DNA of 64,000 nucleotides from Macrostomum hystrix (Eukaryota; Animalia; Platyhelminthes): NCBI GenBank assembly GCA_950097015.1, contig CATNEN010000035.1:1488001-1552000 (forward strand), written 5' to 3'. The position numbers and the translations under genes are program-made. The notes under the pieces were generated by a model, which did not search any database, was not told the DNA's origin, and saw only the letters and a list, made by a program, of their open reading frames with translations. This document shows, in pieces, positions 50,339-62,374 of the stretch (positions are counted from its first letter, which is position 1; the number at the start of each line of letters is the position of its first letter).

Positions 50339-51143
50339 TGTGGTATTATATTTTTGGTCCGAATTAAGCTGCGAAAACAAGGTGCTTAGTAGTCAGCTGA
50401 TTTAGAGGTGAATAAGGCTTTTTTGGCGACACACCCTTGGTCCTTATATGCAGCTTTTCCAACCTGAGGTTGTTCCAGTTTAAACAGCTGATTAAACACA
50501 ATTAGGCTGCTCAAAGCCTGCTGAAGCTTACTTAAGTGATTTTATGCATTTATTTACTCGTAGCTAAATCGTTATTGGATTGATATAAACAATAAAATTT
50601 ACACTATAACAAGTTATAGCCATCGTGCAGTCTCTGAAAAATTACGTCTTTTAACCATTGTTCCGATAATTAAACAAAGTTCTTAAAGTCAAACAACTAA
50701 CTACTCGTAGTACGTAATCACCTAGTGCAATTTTACCATAGTACAAACGCTACTATTCTATTCCTGTATAACTGTGTAAAATCAATTAGCAAACTTAACT
50801 ACCCGTTGTGCATACTGTTGTGTAAGCAGCTCTTTCTATAAATTCAAACCTAAGTTCATTTGTCAAAATCAATCCCAGGTAATTATTAAAGTTAGAATAA
50901 GTCGACTTTGTTTTAACGCATGCGCCAATCTTGCTTTTCTCATAAAAAAGCTTTTGCTTTAACATGAGAGAATGTTAAAAATAGACTTTCATTTTCTATA
51001 TTTTTTTAGCTTGAATTATTAAAGAGACTCAAAACTCTCCTTTGTCTCATTCTCCAGATGGTTATGCGTCGAACGAATGCTGATGCTAAAGATTTGGTGA
51101 TGCTGAATATTTGGCGATGAAGACTTGAAGACTTGAAGACCTA

Positions 51144-52470
51144 ATCTCTCCCCTGTCTCATCTCTCCCCTGTCTCATCTCTCCCCTGTCTCATCTCTCCC
51201 CTGTCCCATCTCTCCCCTGTCTCATCTCTCCCCTGTCTCATCTCTCCCCTGTCCCATCTCTCCCCTGTCTCATCTCTCTCCTGTCTCATCTCTCCCCTGT
51301 CTCATCTCTCCCCTGTCTCATCTCTCCCCTGTCTCACCTCTCCCCTGTCTCATCTCTCCCCTGTCTCATCTCTCCCCTGTCTCATCTCTCCCCTGTCTCA
51401 TCTCTCCCCTGTCTCATCTCTCCCCTGTCTCATCTCTCCCCTGTCTCATCTCTCCCCTGTCTCATCTCTCCCCTGTCCCATCTCTCCCCTGTCTCATCTC
51501 TCCCCTGTCTCATCTCTCCCCTGTCTCATCTCTCCCCTGTCCCATCTCTCCCCTGTCTTATCTCTCCCCTGTCTCATCTCTCCCCTGTCTCATCTCCCCC
51601 CTGTCTCATCTCTCCCCTGTCTCATCTCTCCCCTGTCTCATCTCTCCCCTGTCCCATCTCTCCCCTGTCTCATCTCTCCCCTGTCTCATCTCTCCCCTGT
51701 CTCATCTCCCCCCTGTCTCATCTCTCCCCTGTCTCATCTCTCCCCTGTCTCATCTCTCCCCTGTCCCATATCTCCCCTGTCTCATCTCTCCCCTGTCTCA
51801 TCTCTCCCCTGTCCCATCTCTCCCCTGTCTCACCTCTCCCCTGTCTCATCTCTCCCCTGTCTCATCTCTCCCATGTCTCATCTCTCCCCTGTCCCATCTC
51901 TCCCCTGTCTCATCTCTCCCCTGTCTCACCTCTCCCCTGTCTCATCTCTCCCCTGTCTCATCTCTCCCCTGTCCCATCTCTCCCCTGTCTCATCTCTCCC
52001 CTGTCTCATCTCCCCCCTGTCTCATCTCTCCCCTGTCTCATCTCTCCCCTGTCTCATCTCTCCCCTGTCCCATCTCTCCCCTGTCTCATCTCTCCCCTGT
52101 CTCATCTCTCCCCTGTCTCATCTCTCCCCTGTCTCATCTCTCCCCTGTCTCATCACTCCCCTGTCTCATCACTCCCCTGTCTCATCTCTCCCCTGTCTCA
52201 TCTCTCCCCTGTCTCATCTCTCCCCTGTCTCATCTCTCCCCTGTCTCACCTCTCCCCTGTCTCATCTCTCCCCTGTCTCATCTCTCCCCTGTCTCATCTC
52301 TCCCCTGTCTCATCTCTCCCCTGTCTCATCTCTCCCCTGTCTCATCTCTCCCCTGTCTCATCTCTCCCCTGTCTCATCTCTCCCCTGTCTCATCTCTCCC
52401 CTGTCTCATCTCTCCCCTGTCCTATCTCTCCCCTGTCTCATCTCTCCCCTATCTCATCTCACCCCTCTCT
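51144..52470. repeat. 16-bp CT-rich minisatellite (TCTCATCTCTCCCCTG), ~80 copies
   Basis: Direct reading. Confidence 0.95.
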
Positions 52471-52504
52471 CATCGTTCCAGTGTCATGTCTCCGAGTCTC
52501 AACT

Positions 52505-53430
52505 CTTCAGGCACGCACGCTTCAGTTGGACCTGATTTTCATCTTCATTGACTTAATGAAGGCTTTCGACTTGCTACCGAGGGCTGCGCTCCCGCATGTG
52601 CTCCGTTCGTATAATGTGCCAGAGCAGCTGATCCCTGCCATCATGGCATTGTAACACCGAGGTACAACATGTGCTCCGAGTCCTCCGGGTGCTCCAGAGG
52701 ACACTCTAGCGCCGTCCTGGTGCTTGACTGGGCGCTTCAAAATGCTCTGCCTACCGACGACGTAGATGGCTTCCTACTGCGGCGACGCGTCGACGTCAAG
52801 GCGGCGAAGCATGCGTGGCTACGCCGACGACCTCGCCCTGCTGGCCGCGACTATAGAGGGCGCCCAGCGCCAGCTGGACAACCTGTTTGGCCTTGCAGCG
52901 AGCATCGGCCTGGTGGTCAACACGAGTAAGACCGTCTTGCTATGCGTGCCGGGCGATATCGAGGCTGCAATTTTCTGCCGAGGCGCAGAGCGACGGAGCT
53001 TCCGCGCTGTCAGCAGATTGCCTACCTCGGTTGTCTGGCACCTGACGGCTGCGAAGATCTGCGGCGTCGCGGCGCCTCACCTGGGCTGCTTTTCGTTCTG
53101 TGAGGGCGGTCCTGCAGTCCGAGTTCTGCGCTATCCTAGGCGGTGGTCGATACCGTCCTGCTGTGCAACGCGAGACCTGGACGCTGACGGACTCGCTCGA
53201 ACAGCAACTTAACGCGGCGCACGCCAGGCTGCTGCCTGCCGCCTTCAAGATCAGCGACGAGCGAGTCACGTCTCGCGGCACACTTTATCACCGCGCCGGC
53301 CTGACCCATCTAAGTGAACTGCTGCACCGTCGGCGACTCCAACTGGCTGGCCACATCGTCCGTGCCGAGTCCAACTGCCCACAGCCGGTGTAGGGGGTGC
53401 TGCAGGTCACGCTGGTCTGCAGACAGGCAG
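52505..53430 (+). mobile_element. Degenerate RTE-clade LINE reverse-transcriptase fragment
   Basis: FIDLMKAFD, GYADDLALL, IGLVVNTSKT, ETWTLT and RRRLQLAGHIVR across frameshifts and stops. Confidence 0.85.
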
Positions 53431-54263
53431 CATTGGCGAAATAAGTTGTAGAAGAACGATTCAAAATAGACGTGTACCATGTCGGCATCCGGGAGATCAG
53501 CCATTAACTGTGAGATCTTTCCTCTACTTAAATGCACAATCCCTTGAAATAAAAATTCAAATCGATTGCAGGTTAAAGTTTTAGTAATTTTTCAGAAGAG
53601 ACTTGCCGTTTTCAAACGGCAATAAACAGTAACTAAATCACGGTATTTTATAATCAGGTTGCGATTGCAGCTGTGTATTTTATAATTCGATGGCAAATAG
53701 ATTTTTTAGCACCGACGAAAACAACAACAAAAAGTAATCTTGTTAATACAATGCCACCTTGGCTTAGGCAAGCAAAGCTATTTAATTTTGAGTGTTTTTA
53801 CTAATGTAATGAAATTTTTCATGTAAATATAAACATCATAAATAAACGCAAGGGCGGGGTCAGTATACCGGTCGTGTTTATGCGCCCTTGTGATTGTGAT
53901 AGCAATCTTTTGACCCAACCAAATGACTCATCGCTGGCATTTGTAGCTGCATGAGCATCTACTTGCACTCTTGACAATCAGGAGTGTATAAGCCCCATGG
54001 CTACATGCATGGACATGGCTAAATACCCAAGCTAATTCGCTTATTAAGGCCAGCTAGCAGACTCAGTATGCGCACATTTTCCGCTTAAGTACTGTACATT
54101 TTATAACCTATTTTTAGCTTCACTGGTCAGAAAACTAACTGTAGAGCCGAGAATACAGTTGTTATATAATGCCAGACGTACTGTGAATAAAATTACATTC
54201 TGAATACATGTCTAAGCAATTTCACAGAGTCCTGCGTCATATTTTGATATGGTCGATGCTCGC

Positions 54264-54742
54264 TCACTGCAGCAGCCGCAGTGTTGCCGCTACGCACAGC
54301 CCGCTGACAGTGCCGAAGAAGAGGCCATTCGACGATGACGCAGGCGAGGCCGCGTTGAAGCCGCCCCACGGATTATTGAAGATGTTGTGAATTGACCTGC
54401 TCGAGGTTGTTGTTTGCATCGTCGCGCTAGTGGCGCCGCCACTAGCGCGAATTGTCGTGCCAACCGTCGTGCCACCAGCTGGCGTGGAAGTTGTTGGCGC
54501 CGGTGGCGTAGCGGTGGTGACCGGATGTTCAGTTGTTGACGGTGCCACCGTCCTGCAGTCAACATCTGCAAATAGTTGATTTGATTATGATTAAATGAAA
54601 CGTGAAAGCTGTTGCTGCCTCTATATTAACTAGTTTCAAATTGAAATGATCGGTTCTGGAGATTGGATGCCATCAATGACTCACAATTGTAGGCAGTTAG
54701 CAGGCTCACGAGAAATCCCATCTGCAGTACTTTCCAGTCCAT
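54264..54742 (-). CDS. Small Thr/Ser/Pro-rich, probably GPI-anchored mucin-like protein; exons 54742-54685 and 54565-54264; 119 aa
   Basis: Signal peptide MDWKVLQMGFLVSLLTAYNYVDC. Phase-1 junction T|gtgagt..ttgcag|AT; 360 nt in total. Hydrophobic C-terminus ..ASSSNGLFFGTVSGLCVAATLRLLQ. Confidence 0.72.
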
Positions 54743-55139
54743 GATTGTTGTAGCGGAGTATGCAAGACAGTCAAATTTGAAAAAAAGATACACTCAAGGA
54801 AAATGTTTCTATCGAAGTCTCGCCGGAGTCATACTTGGTACGGGCTGTCGATGATGGCAATATATAGGCCTGCCCGAACCGGGCTTTCCGGTGCTTGTTG
54901 TTACTCTCGCCTACTCCCAAAATTGCACCCTCAGCAACAAAATTCCATGCTGCAATGGTTGGGGTCGAGAAAACATGTTTCTCTAAACCAATTAGTCACT
55001 ACTGAGTCAGAATTGTGGAAAACATTTTAAATTACATGGAATTAGAATGAATCATTCACATGAGGCAGAGTGTTTGAAAAGCTAATGATAAATAAAAATC
55101 TGGGTTAGGCAATCAAGTGAGTCTTGGAAAAAAATCATT

Positions 55140-55292
55140 GCTGTTCAGTCCATGGACTGGAGTGGCACTCCACCCACCCTCAATTATTTTCCCGAGCTAG
55201 TTCTGGTACCCATTTAACAGTCCATTGCCCAAGATACAAATAGTTCCAGTGGGGTTGGGAATTGAATCCCCGACCTTCTAGTCGTGAGTCCT
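55140..55292 (-). mobile_element. Degenerate SINE copy
   Basis: CTGTTCAGTCCATGGACTGG and GGGAATTGAATCCCCGACCTTC match the family. Confidence 0.65.
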
Positions 55293-55580
55293 AGGACTAA
55301 TTCTTTCCTTGTGATTCTTAAGGCCTTGTTGTTTTTAGACTGTCATTTTGCTTTAATTATACTAATAATTTTACGTGAAAATGCCTAAAATAAATTTGCC
55401 AGACAAGTGAATTGATTTTACTTATAATTCTCATATTTGCTTAGTTTTAATTGAACTTCAATTAATGTGTGTGCTCACCTGAGGTACTTAACATTGAACA
55501 TGAAAAACCTTAAAAATTAATAGACACTGAAATTTGGCAATCGAAAGATTAGCATCGGATTCATAAAAATAGTTATGAGC

Positions 55581-56186
55581 ATGAAGCTACTGGTTTTGCT
55601 GTTGGTCCTAGGTCTGTCGACCTTATCTGTTGGTGAGTTAAGATACGAATATGAGTAATTACTCAGCATCAGGTAAACAACCCAGCTCAGCGATCCTGTG
55701 TTTTTCACTTCAGGCGCTTGTCCAACGCTCTACCTGACTAACAATGGCAGCGGAGTCATGTCGTCAAGTCACGGCTTTCCACGCTTCTGCGGTGTTGAGT
55801 ATTGCCACCGCTTGGAATGCAACTACGAACTGTTAGCTGGAGGCAACAACACGGGACACGGGCTCAACTTCCAGTTCGACTTCTTTGACACCGAGTCGAG
55901 CTTTGACTACCTGCAGCTGCAGTTCACGGACAAGCAGGGACGCATTGTGAATGGAACCTTCTGGGGTAGCATTGGCCCGTTGGTAGGACACCTGGACGCG
56001 GCCCGCGGCTCCCCAGTGAGGCTTCGATGGGTCACCGACGCCACAGTGAACAGCTTCGGCTTCGTCATGAGATTCCAAGCCACACCGCCACCACCAACTC
56101 GATGGTACAGGCTGGGCGGCCTGCTGGCTGTTGGAGAGGCCGGCGTCCAGGGCTCAATCAGTGTTGTGCCGGCCAGGAGAAAGTGA
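55581..56186 (+). CDS. Secreted stand-alone CUB-domain protein A; exons 55581-55632 and 55714-56186; 174 aa
   Basis: Signal MKLLVLLLVLGLSTLSVG (an alternative in-frame ATG lies at 55575). Junction G|gtgagt..ttcag|GC. CUB motifs CNYEL, FDTESSFDYL and RLRWVTDATVNSFGF. Confidence 0.85.
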
Positions 56187-56336
56187 ACTGAGCCTTAAGA
56201 CTTAACTAACAATAAATATGGACTTGACTGAACTCACAATGAGCCCACTATAATGCTTCGCAAATAGGATTCGATGAGTTTCAACATTTATTAATTTACT
56301 AATGATAAGAGGGAGTTTTTAACTAAATCTGTTCTC

Positions 56337-56497
56337 TGACCGAGAAATCGGGATTTCGACTCTCAGTCGAAGGGAAACAGTTTGTCTTTGAGCAAAGCAA
56401 TTCACAGCTGATTGCTTCAGCTCAGCCCACTAGAAATTTTGGCGGGTGTTACGGCCTCCCAAGTCCACGGACGGAACAGCTGTACACAGCATTTAGA
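56337..56497 (+). mobile_element. Degenerate SINE copy
   Basis: Weak match to the family core and 3' part (ttgagcaaagc..ttgcttcagctca..gtccacggacggaacagctgtac). Confidence 0.5.
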
Positions 56498-56824
56498 CAA
56501 TTTTCACTTCAGGCGCTCTACCTGACTAACAATGGCAAAACGGACAAGTTGCACAATTTCTGCGACTGGCTGTACATCCTGGCCCTAACTGGGGGCCTCA
56601 TCGCTATAGCCGCGGGTCAATTGACGACAAAGTGAGGCATTAGCACACGTAAAATGTTTAAATGTGCACCAGTGAGTGCAGTGACTGTACGTACATGGAC
56701 ATACATGTATTGCGTGCATCGATGCGTAATGTTTTGATGTATCAAAAATTGCTTTCCCAATGCAGTTTCGTAAATCGAAACCCAGAAATGCGTCAGAGCT
56801 TATTGTCATTGTGAAATGCGAGTT

Positions 56825-57887
56825 TACACTCAGCAACAGTCAAAAGTTCCACCCTATCACGCCTAGTCAGAGATAACTTCTCGCTCACAATTCAACCCGT
56901 GAGTACGCAACTACGCCGCGAGGAGGGAAGGCTGATTGAATCAATCACAAGTTTATTTTTTATGCAATATGCAGTTAGAATCGCTATGCTTAATACCGCG
57001 TGTGGGCAGAAGAGCGGCGACTCTGCGGGGCATCCCCAAGATGAGGCGGCGCAGAAAGTCCTGGGGAAGTTGCTGCCAAGCGTTTGCAATGGCGTGACGC
57101 AGCTCCGCAACATTCTGTAGGTGCATTCTCTTTTCGAATGCTGCGCTTTTGAAAGTCCCAGACATGCTCGATTGGATTCATGTCAGGGGACCGGGAAGGC
57201 CTGCGCAGAGTGCGGATCTGTAGCTGCTCTTTCACTTGACTAATCGGCTCGATGTGGCGGCGCGTTATCATCCTGGAGAATGCAGGTGCCAACTCCTCCG
57301 AAAGCAGCGTCGGCAAACGGTAGGAACCGAGTCTGCAGAAGGTCTGCGTAGCTATTCCGTGTGGACGCGCTGCATCGCCCACTACTCTCGGCTGGCGATG
57401 TGGGCAGGACTGAGTCGTCGAGGCCGCTTGCGCATCTTGCGAGAGCGGAGGCCGGCCTCTCGAATTCGACGTCGAACTGTCTGGGCGCTCAGGATGTTTC
57501 CTGCTCTGCTTCTCTCACCCCACATCAGACGGAGCAGGGTGGCTGGCAGGGTGGGAGTTCGCCTTACTATTCGCAGCAGACGGCAATTTGCTCTGGCTGT
57601 TGAGCCACGGAGATCAAGGCGCTGACTGCCTTTCGCAGCGTGCTCCACTGCTGCCAGTCTCACGGGACTTTGTCAGCAGTTTTCGAATTGCCACTCGCGA
57701 TCTTCCAAATCTGCGAGCAACTTCGCTGATGGACACAACGACTTCCAGCATTCCAACAGCACGCAATCGTTCAGCACTAGTCATTTGCCGGACCATTTTT
57801 GAAATCGTGTGTGTGTGTGTGGATTAGACTGAAAATGTGTCCTCTTAAAGTTACGCAGGCGAACCTCCAAGGCACAGTGAGAGTGTA
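56825..57887 (-). mobile_element. Tc1-like transposon relic with decayed, internally deleted transposase (ATG at 57796)
   Basis: HTH (SISEVARRFG), TVRRRIREAGL, SPDMNPIEHVW and AWQQLP..LILGMPRRVAA motifs. Both ends begin TACACTC. Confidence 0.8.
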
Positions 57888-58549
57888 CACTGCCTGACGA
57901 TGAGAAAGTCAGGGCAGATGTACACACCTGTGTGAGCGAGTGCCTGCGTGTGTTATCTGTGTGCGTGTGTGCTCAGGAGTCAGCGAGATGAGCAGAATTG
58001 CCTCCTTGCTGGCTGCGGGTCCAGTGTCACCAAGTGATGTGCCATTGCCCGCAGCCCTCCTGCAATTATTACTATTATTATATGAATCATTCGCGTATAG
58101 ATCTGGGGTACTGACTGATTCTCCGGTAGAACGAAATCGTGAAATTAGTATTTTGAAGCAAACAGGTGTCCCAAATCCAGTTTGTGGAGCAATTTCTTTA
58201 TTTGATATCCATTAGCAATGACATATTCATTACCCATAATCTGTCCGCCCGATTTCAGTTAGCTAGCTAGCCAATAAATCATTTTTTAAACAGTTGTTTA
58301 AACAACTGAACAATTATTTTTAAGGCTAATGGCTATGACCAATTACAAAAAAACGCGAAATTCGAGCAGATTAGTAAAACAGGTTTGGTGATCAATTTCA
58401 TTTTAAGAAATAAATCCATGTGGACAAAGGTGCAGGTGACTTTCAACTTTTTTCGAAGAACCCGTCTATATAAGTGTGGGTCGGAGAAGATTAAAATCCA
58501 TTAAGGCTAACTCTTTTTTTTTTACTCAACCCGTTCAGCATCAGCGAAG

Positions 58550-59795
58550 ATGAAGCTGCTGGACATTCTGATCCTGGCCTGCCTGGCGACAGCAGTTTGC
58601 GGTAATTAGTCTCAGTTTTGCGCATCCAACGGCATAGTGCCGGGCACAAACAGGACGCACTACCCCTCACAGGTGTCCTACTCCCCTCACAGGTGTCCTA
58701 CTCCCCTCACAGGTGTCCTACTCCCCTCACAGGTGTCCTACTCCCCTCACAGGTGTCCTAATCCCCTCACAGTTGTCCCAATACCTTCACAGGTGTCCTA
58801 CTCCCCTCACAGGTGTCCCAATCCCTTCACAGGTGTCCTACTACCCTCACAGGTGTCCTACTCCCCTCACAGGTGTCCTACTCCCCTCAAAGGTGTTCTA
58901 GTCCCCTCACAGGTGTCCCAATACCTTCACAGGTGTCCTACTCCCCTCACAGGTGTCCCAATACCTTCACAGGTGTCCTACTACCCTCACAGGTGTCCTT
59001 CTCCCCTCACAGGTGTCCTACTCCCCTCAAAGGTGTTCTAGTCCCCTCACAGGTGTCCTACTCCCCTCATAGGTTTTCTACTCCCCTCACAGGTGTCCTA
59101 CTCCCCTCACAGGTGTTCTACTACCCTCACAGGTGTCCTACTCCCCTCACAGGTGTCCTACTCCCTTCACAGGTGTCCTAATCCCCTCACAGGTGTCCCA
59201 ATCCCTTCACAGGTGTCCTACTCCCCTCACAGGTGTCCTACTCCCCTCACAGTAATTGAAAGTGAAGTAAGCAGTAATCGCGCAGGGTTTCTGGTGCAGT
59301 GCAACCCACCCACATTGCTTCCAGGCAATTGCCCCACTCTATACATCTCGCGCAGTTCGAGTTTCTCGGGCGCCCTTTCGTCGGAGCAAAGCTATCCGCA
59401 CAGGTGCAACAACTCGTACAGTCACAACCTGAGGTGCAACTACGAACTGGTCCCGGCCCGAGACAACCTGGGAGCCGGAGTGAACTTCGTCCTTCATTAC
59501 TTCAATACAGAGATTGGCTACGACTTTGTCCTGCTAGATTTCACAGACGAGTCTGGCTACAGCGTTACAGCCAAATTCTCTGGCAGCGTGGGCCAATACA
59601 GCGGCAAATTGCTAACCAAGCCATTCACTCCGATAAGGCTTTCCTGGATCACCGACCATTCGCGTTGATAACTATGGCTTCCTAGTCCGCTACTATGTTG
59701 TACCAGCCATCAGATACCGCCTGGGCGGAACCGTCGACGTTTCGCAAGACGGAGTTCGCGGCTCCTTCGATGTTCAGCGGATCTTGAAGAAGTGA
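58550..59795 (+). pseudogene. Stand-alone CUB-domain paralog B with a +1 frameshift at ~59663; exons 58550-58601 and 59325-59795
   Basis: Signal MKLLDILILACLATAVCG and CUB motifs. After WITDHS one extra base gives TGA; removing it restores VDNYGFLVRY..RLGGTVDVSQDGVRGSFDVQRILKK, matching paralogs A and C. Confidence 0.75.
58660..59252. repeat. 20-bp minisatellite (CACAGGTGTCCTACTCCCCT) in the CUB-B intron
   Basis: Direct reading. Confidence 0.95.
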
Positions 59796-59994
59796 AACCG
59801 GTTTGAACCAGTTGACACTTCCTATAGTGGCAATACTAAATATACATTCGCTTATCTGTGACAGCGTGGACCACACAAGCTTAATTAAAATAGCTTTTGT
59901 TATAACGGAATTACTGATTTTCAAAAATTTGCCGAAAATTTCATTGATGAGAATCATTAAACAGACGACATTTATATTCCTATGCACGTCGGCT

Positions 59995-60247
59995 GGGCCA
60001 GATGTGCCGCCGACAGCACAGAGGTAGGTATTGCGTGGCGCATCTGAAGGCTGCGTACGGCTGTTCAGTCCATGGACTGGGGGGACGCCACACCCACCTC
60101 ATTCACCCCAGCTAATGCTGGTACCCATTTTACCGCTTGGTGAACTGAATCAATGCTAAAGCACACAAATTGTTCCAGTGGAGTCGGGAATCGAACCCCG
60201 ACCTTCAAGGTCGTGAAACCGACGCTCTAATCACTAACTTCAAGGCC
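59995..60247 (-). mobile_element. Near full-length SINE copy
   Basis: Reverse complement of the 35781-36108 family. Confidence 0.8.
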
Positions 60248-60559
60248 ATTATGTAAAACCAGCGTACTTATTATTAAACTTAAATGAAACATTAGCAAAA
60301 TTCTCTGCAAATCACTGACAATTATCCAAATCCAAACCCTATATGTGATGAAGAATTGCTTATCTAGCTTCTATTGTCTTCAAGTGTGTACTAAAAGTAC
60401 ACATGATTTTTTACAAGGCAATGTATTTTTTCTGCTCCATACAAAATTACCAATATTCTTAATTCGTGTTTCAAAACTCATTTCATAACTGTCTGTGAAA
60501 TCAGCATGTGTAAACACAGCCAGAATCTATCTAACAGCTAAGGCACTCATATTTATCAT

Positions 60560-61100
60560 CTAGACACCCAAATCTTACAGCTACGAGTAGAAACAATTCT
60601 AAAAGCTAGAAATTCCAATCCAACAGCTAGACACTTATATCTAACATCTAGACACCCAAATCTAAACGCTAGAAATTCAAATCTAACAGCTAGACAATCC
60701 TATCTAACAGCTAGACATTCCAATGTAACAGCTAGACACCCAAATCTAACCGCTAGAAATTCAAATCTAACAGCTAGACATTCCAATCTAACAGCTAGAC
60801 ATTCCAGTCTAACAGCTAGACATTCCAGTCCAACAGCTAGACACCTAAATCTAACAGCTAGACATTCAAATCTAACAGCTAGACACTAATCTAATAGCTA
60901 GACATTCAAATCTAACAGCTAAATATTTAAATCTAACAGCTAGACACTAATCTAACAGCTAGACACTAATCTAACATCTAGACGTTCAAATCTAACAGCT
61001 AGAAATTCAAATCTAAAAGCTAGACATTCAAATCTAAAAGCTAGACATTTAAATCCAAAAGCTAGACATCAAAATCTGACAGCTAGACACCCAAATCTAC
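60560..61100. repeat. Degenerate ~20-21-bp minisatellite (AATCTAACAGCTAGACATTC)
   Basis: Direct reading. Confidence 0.85.
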
Positions 61101-61435
61101 GAGCGCGCTATCCTAGTTAAAAATAAGTAAATAATTTGATTTTTAACTTTACTTTTACTTAACAATTTTGGTCTGGTTAAATCAACCAGTTTAGAAGTGG
61201 AAAAAGGAATTCGTTAATTGAAGATTGCCATTTGTTTAAACAAAAGTCATGCGATAAATCCTGAAACGAGTGTGTATCGTGATTTTATTTGCTTGCTTTG
61301 TTAGCCGACGCGACAGGTGAGTTTTTTAGCAGTTTTATTCCTGATAATTTGTCTATAAATAGGCTAATAGATTGACTTAAAGCACTTCAAAGCTGACCAA
61401 TATTGCTGACTGTACTCAACCCAACTGTACGGAGG

Positions 61436-62374
61436 ATGAAACTCTTGAGTATTTGTTTGGCCATCTGCTTGGTCACAACTTTTACAGGTACGCACAGTTC
61501 CCTGTCTGTCAGATCCCAGTTCCCTGTCTGTCAGATCCCAGTTCCCTGTCTGTCAGATCCCAGTTCCCTGTCTGTCAGATCACAGTTCCCTGTCTGTCAG
61601 ATCCCAGTTCCCTGTCTGTCAGATCCCAGTTCCCTGTCTGTCAGATCCCAGTTCCCTGTCTGTCAGATCCCAGTTCCCTGTCTGTCAGATCCCAGTTCCC
61701 TGTCTGTCAGATCCCAGTTCCCTGTCTGTCAGATCCCAACTGTCTGACAGATCCCAACTGTCTGACAGATCCTAAGTGCCTGACAGATCCCAACTGTCTG
61801 ACAGATCCCAACTGTCTGACAGATCTCAACTGTCTGACAGATCCCTGATCCCTGTCTGACGCATTCCATGAAACATGTTAGCTACCGTCAAATGTGTATT
61901 GCAGAGGGTTGCCCAACTCTGTACATGGCTGCTAACTACAGCAGTGGGATCTTGTCCTCGGACGCTAGATTCCCCAGCTACTGCAGCTTCACCTACAGCA
62001 ACAACCTGAACTGCCACTACGAACTGGTTGCTGGGCGCAGCAACCAGGGCAGGGGTGTGGCCCTCCAGGTTGACTATTTCTCCACCGAGGTGAACTACGA
62101 TCGGGTCTACGTTGACTACACGAACAACCAGGGCCACAATGTGTCTGGCTATTTGACTGGCTTCATTGGCAGGTACAGTACTGTACTACCAGCTCTGGCT
62201 GGGACTCCAATCAGGCTTCGTTGGCTCACTGATGGCTCCGTTAGCAGCTACGGCTTCCAGCTGAGGTACCAGGTGGTCCCCAGACCACGCCGCTTCAGGC
62301 TGGGTGGCTCCGTCGAGGTTAACGACTCCGGCGTACACGGATCAATCAGTGTTGAGCCAGAGAAGAGGAAGTGA
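61436..62374 (+). CDS. Secreted stand-alone CUB-domain protein C; exons 61436-61487 and 61905-62374; 173 aa
   Basis: Signal MKLLSICLAICLVTTFT. Junction G|gtacgc..ttgcag|AG. CUB motifs CHYEL, FSTEVNYDRV and RLRWLTDGSVSSYGF. TATAAATA at 61354. Confidence 0.85.
61495..61857. repeat. 22-bp array followed by a related 18-bp array in the CUB-C intron
   Basis: CAGTTCCCTGTCTGTCAGATCC, then AACTGTCTGACAGATCCC. Confidence 0.93.
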
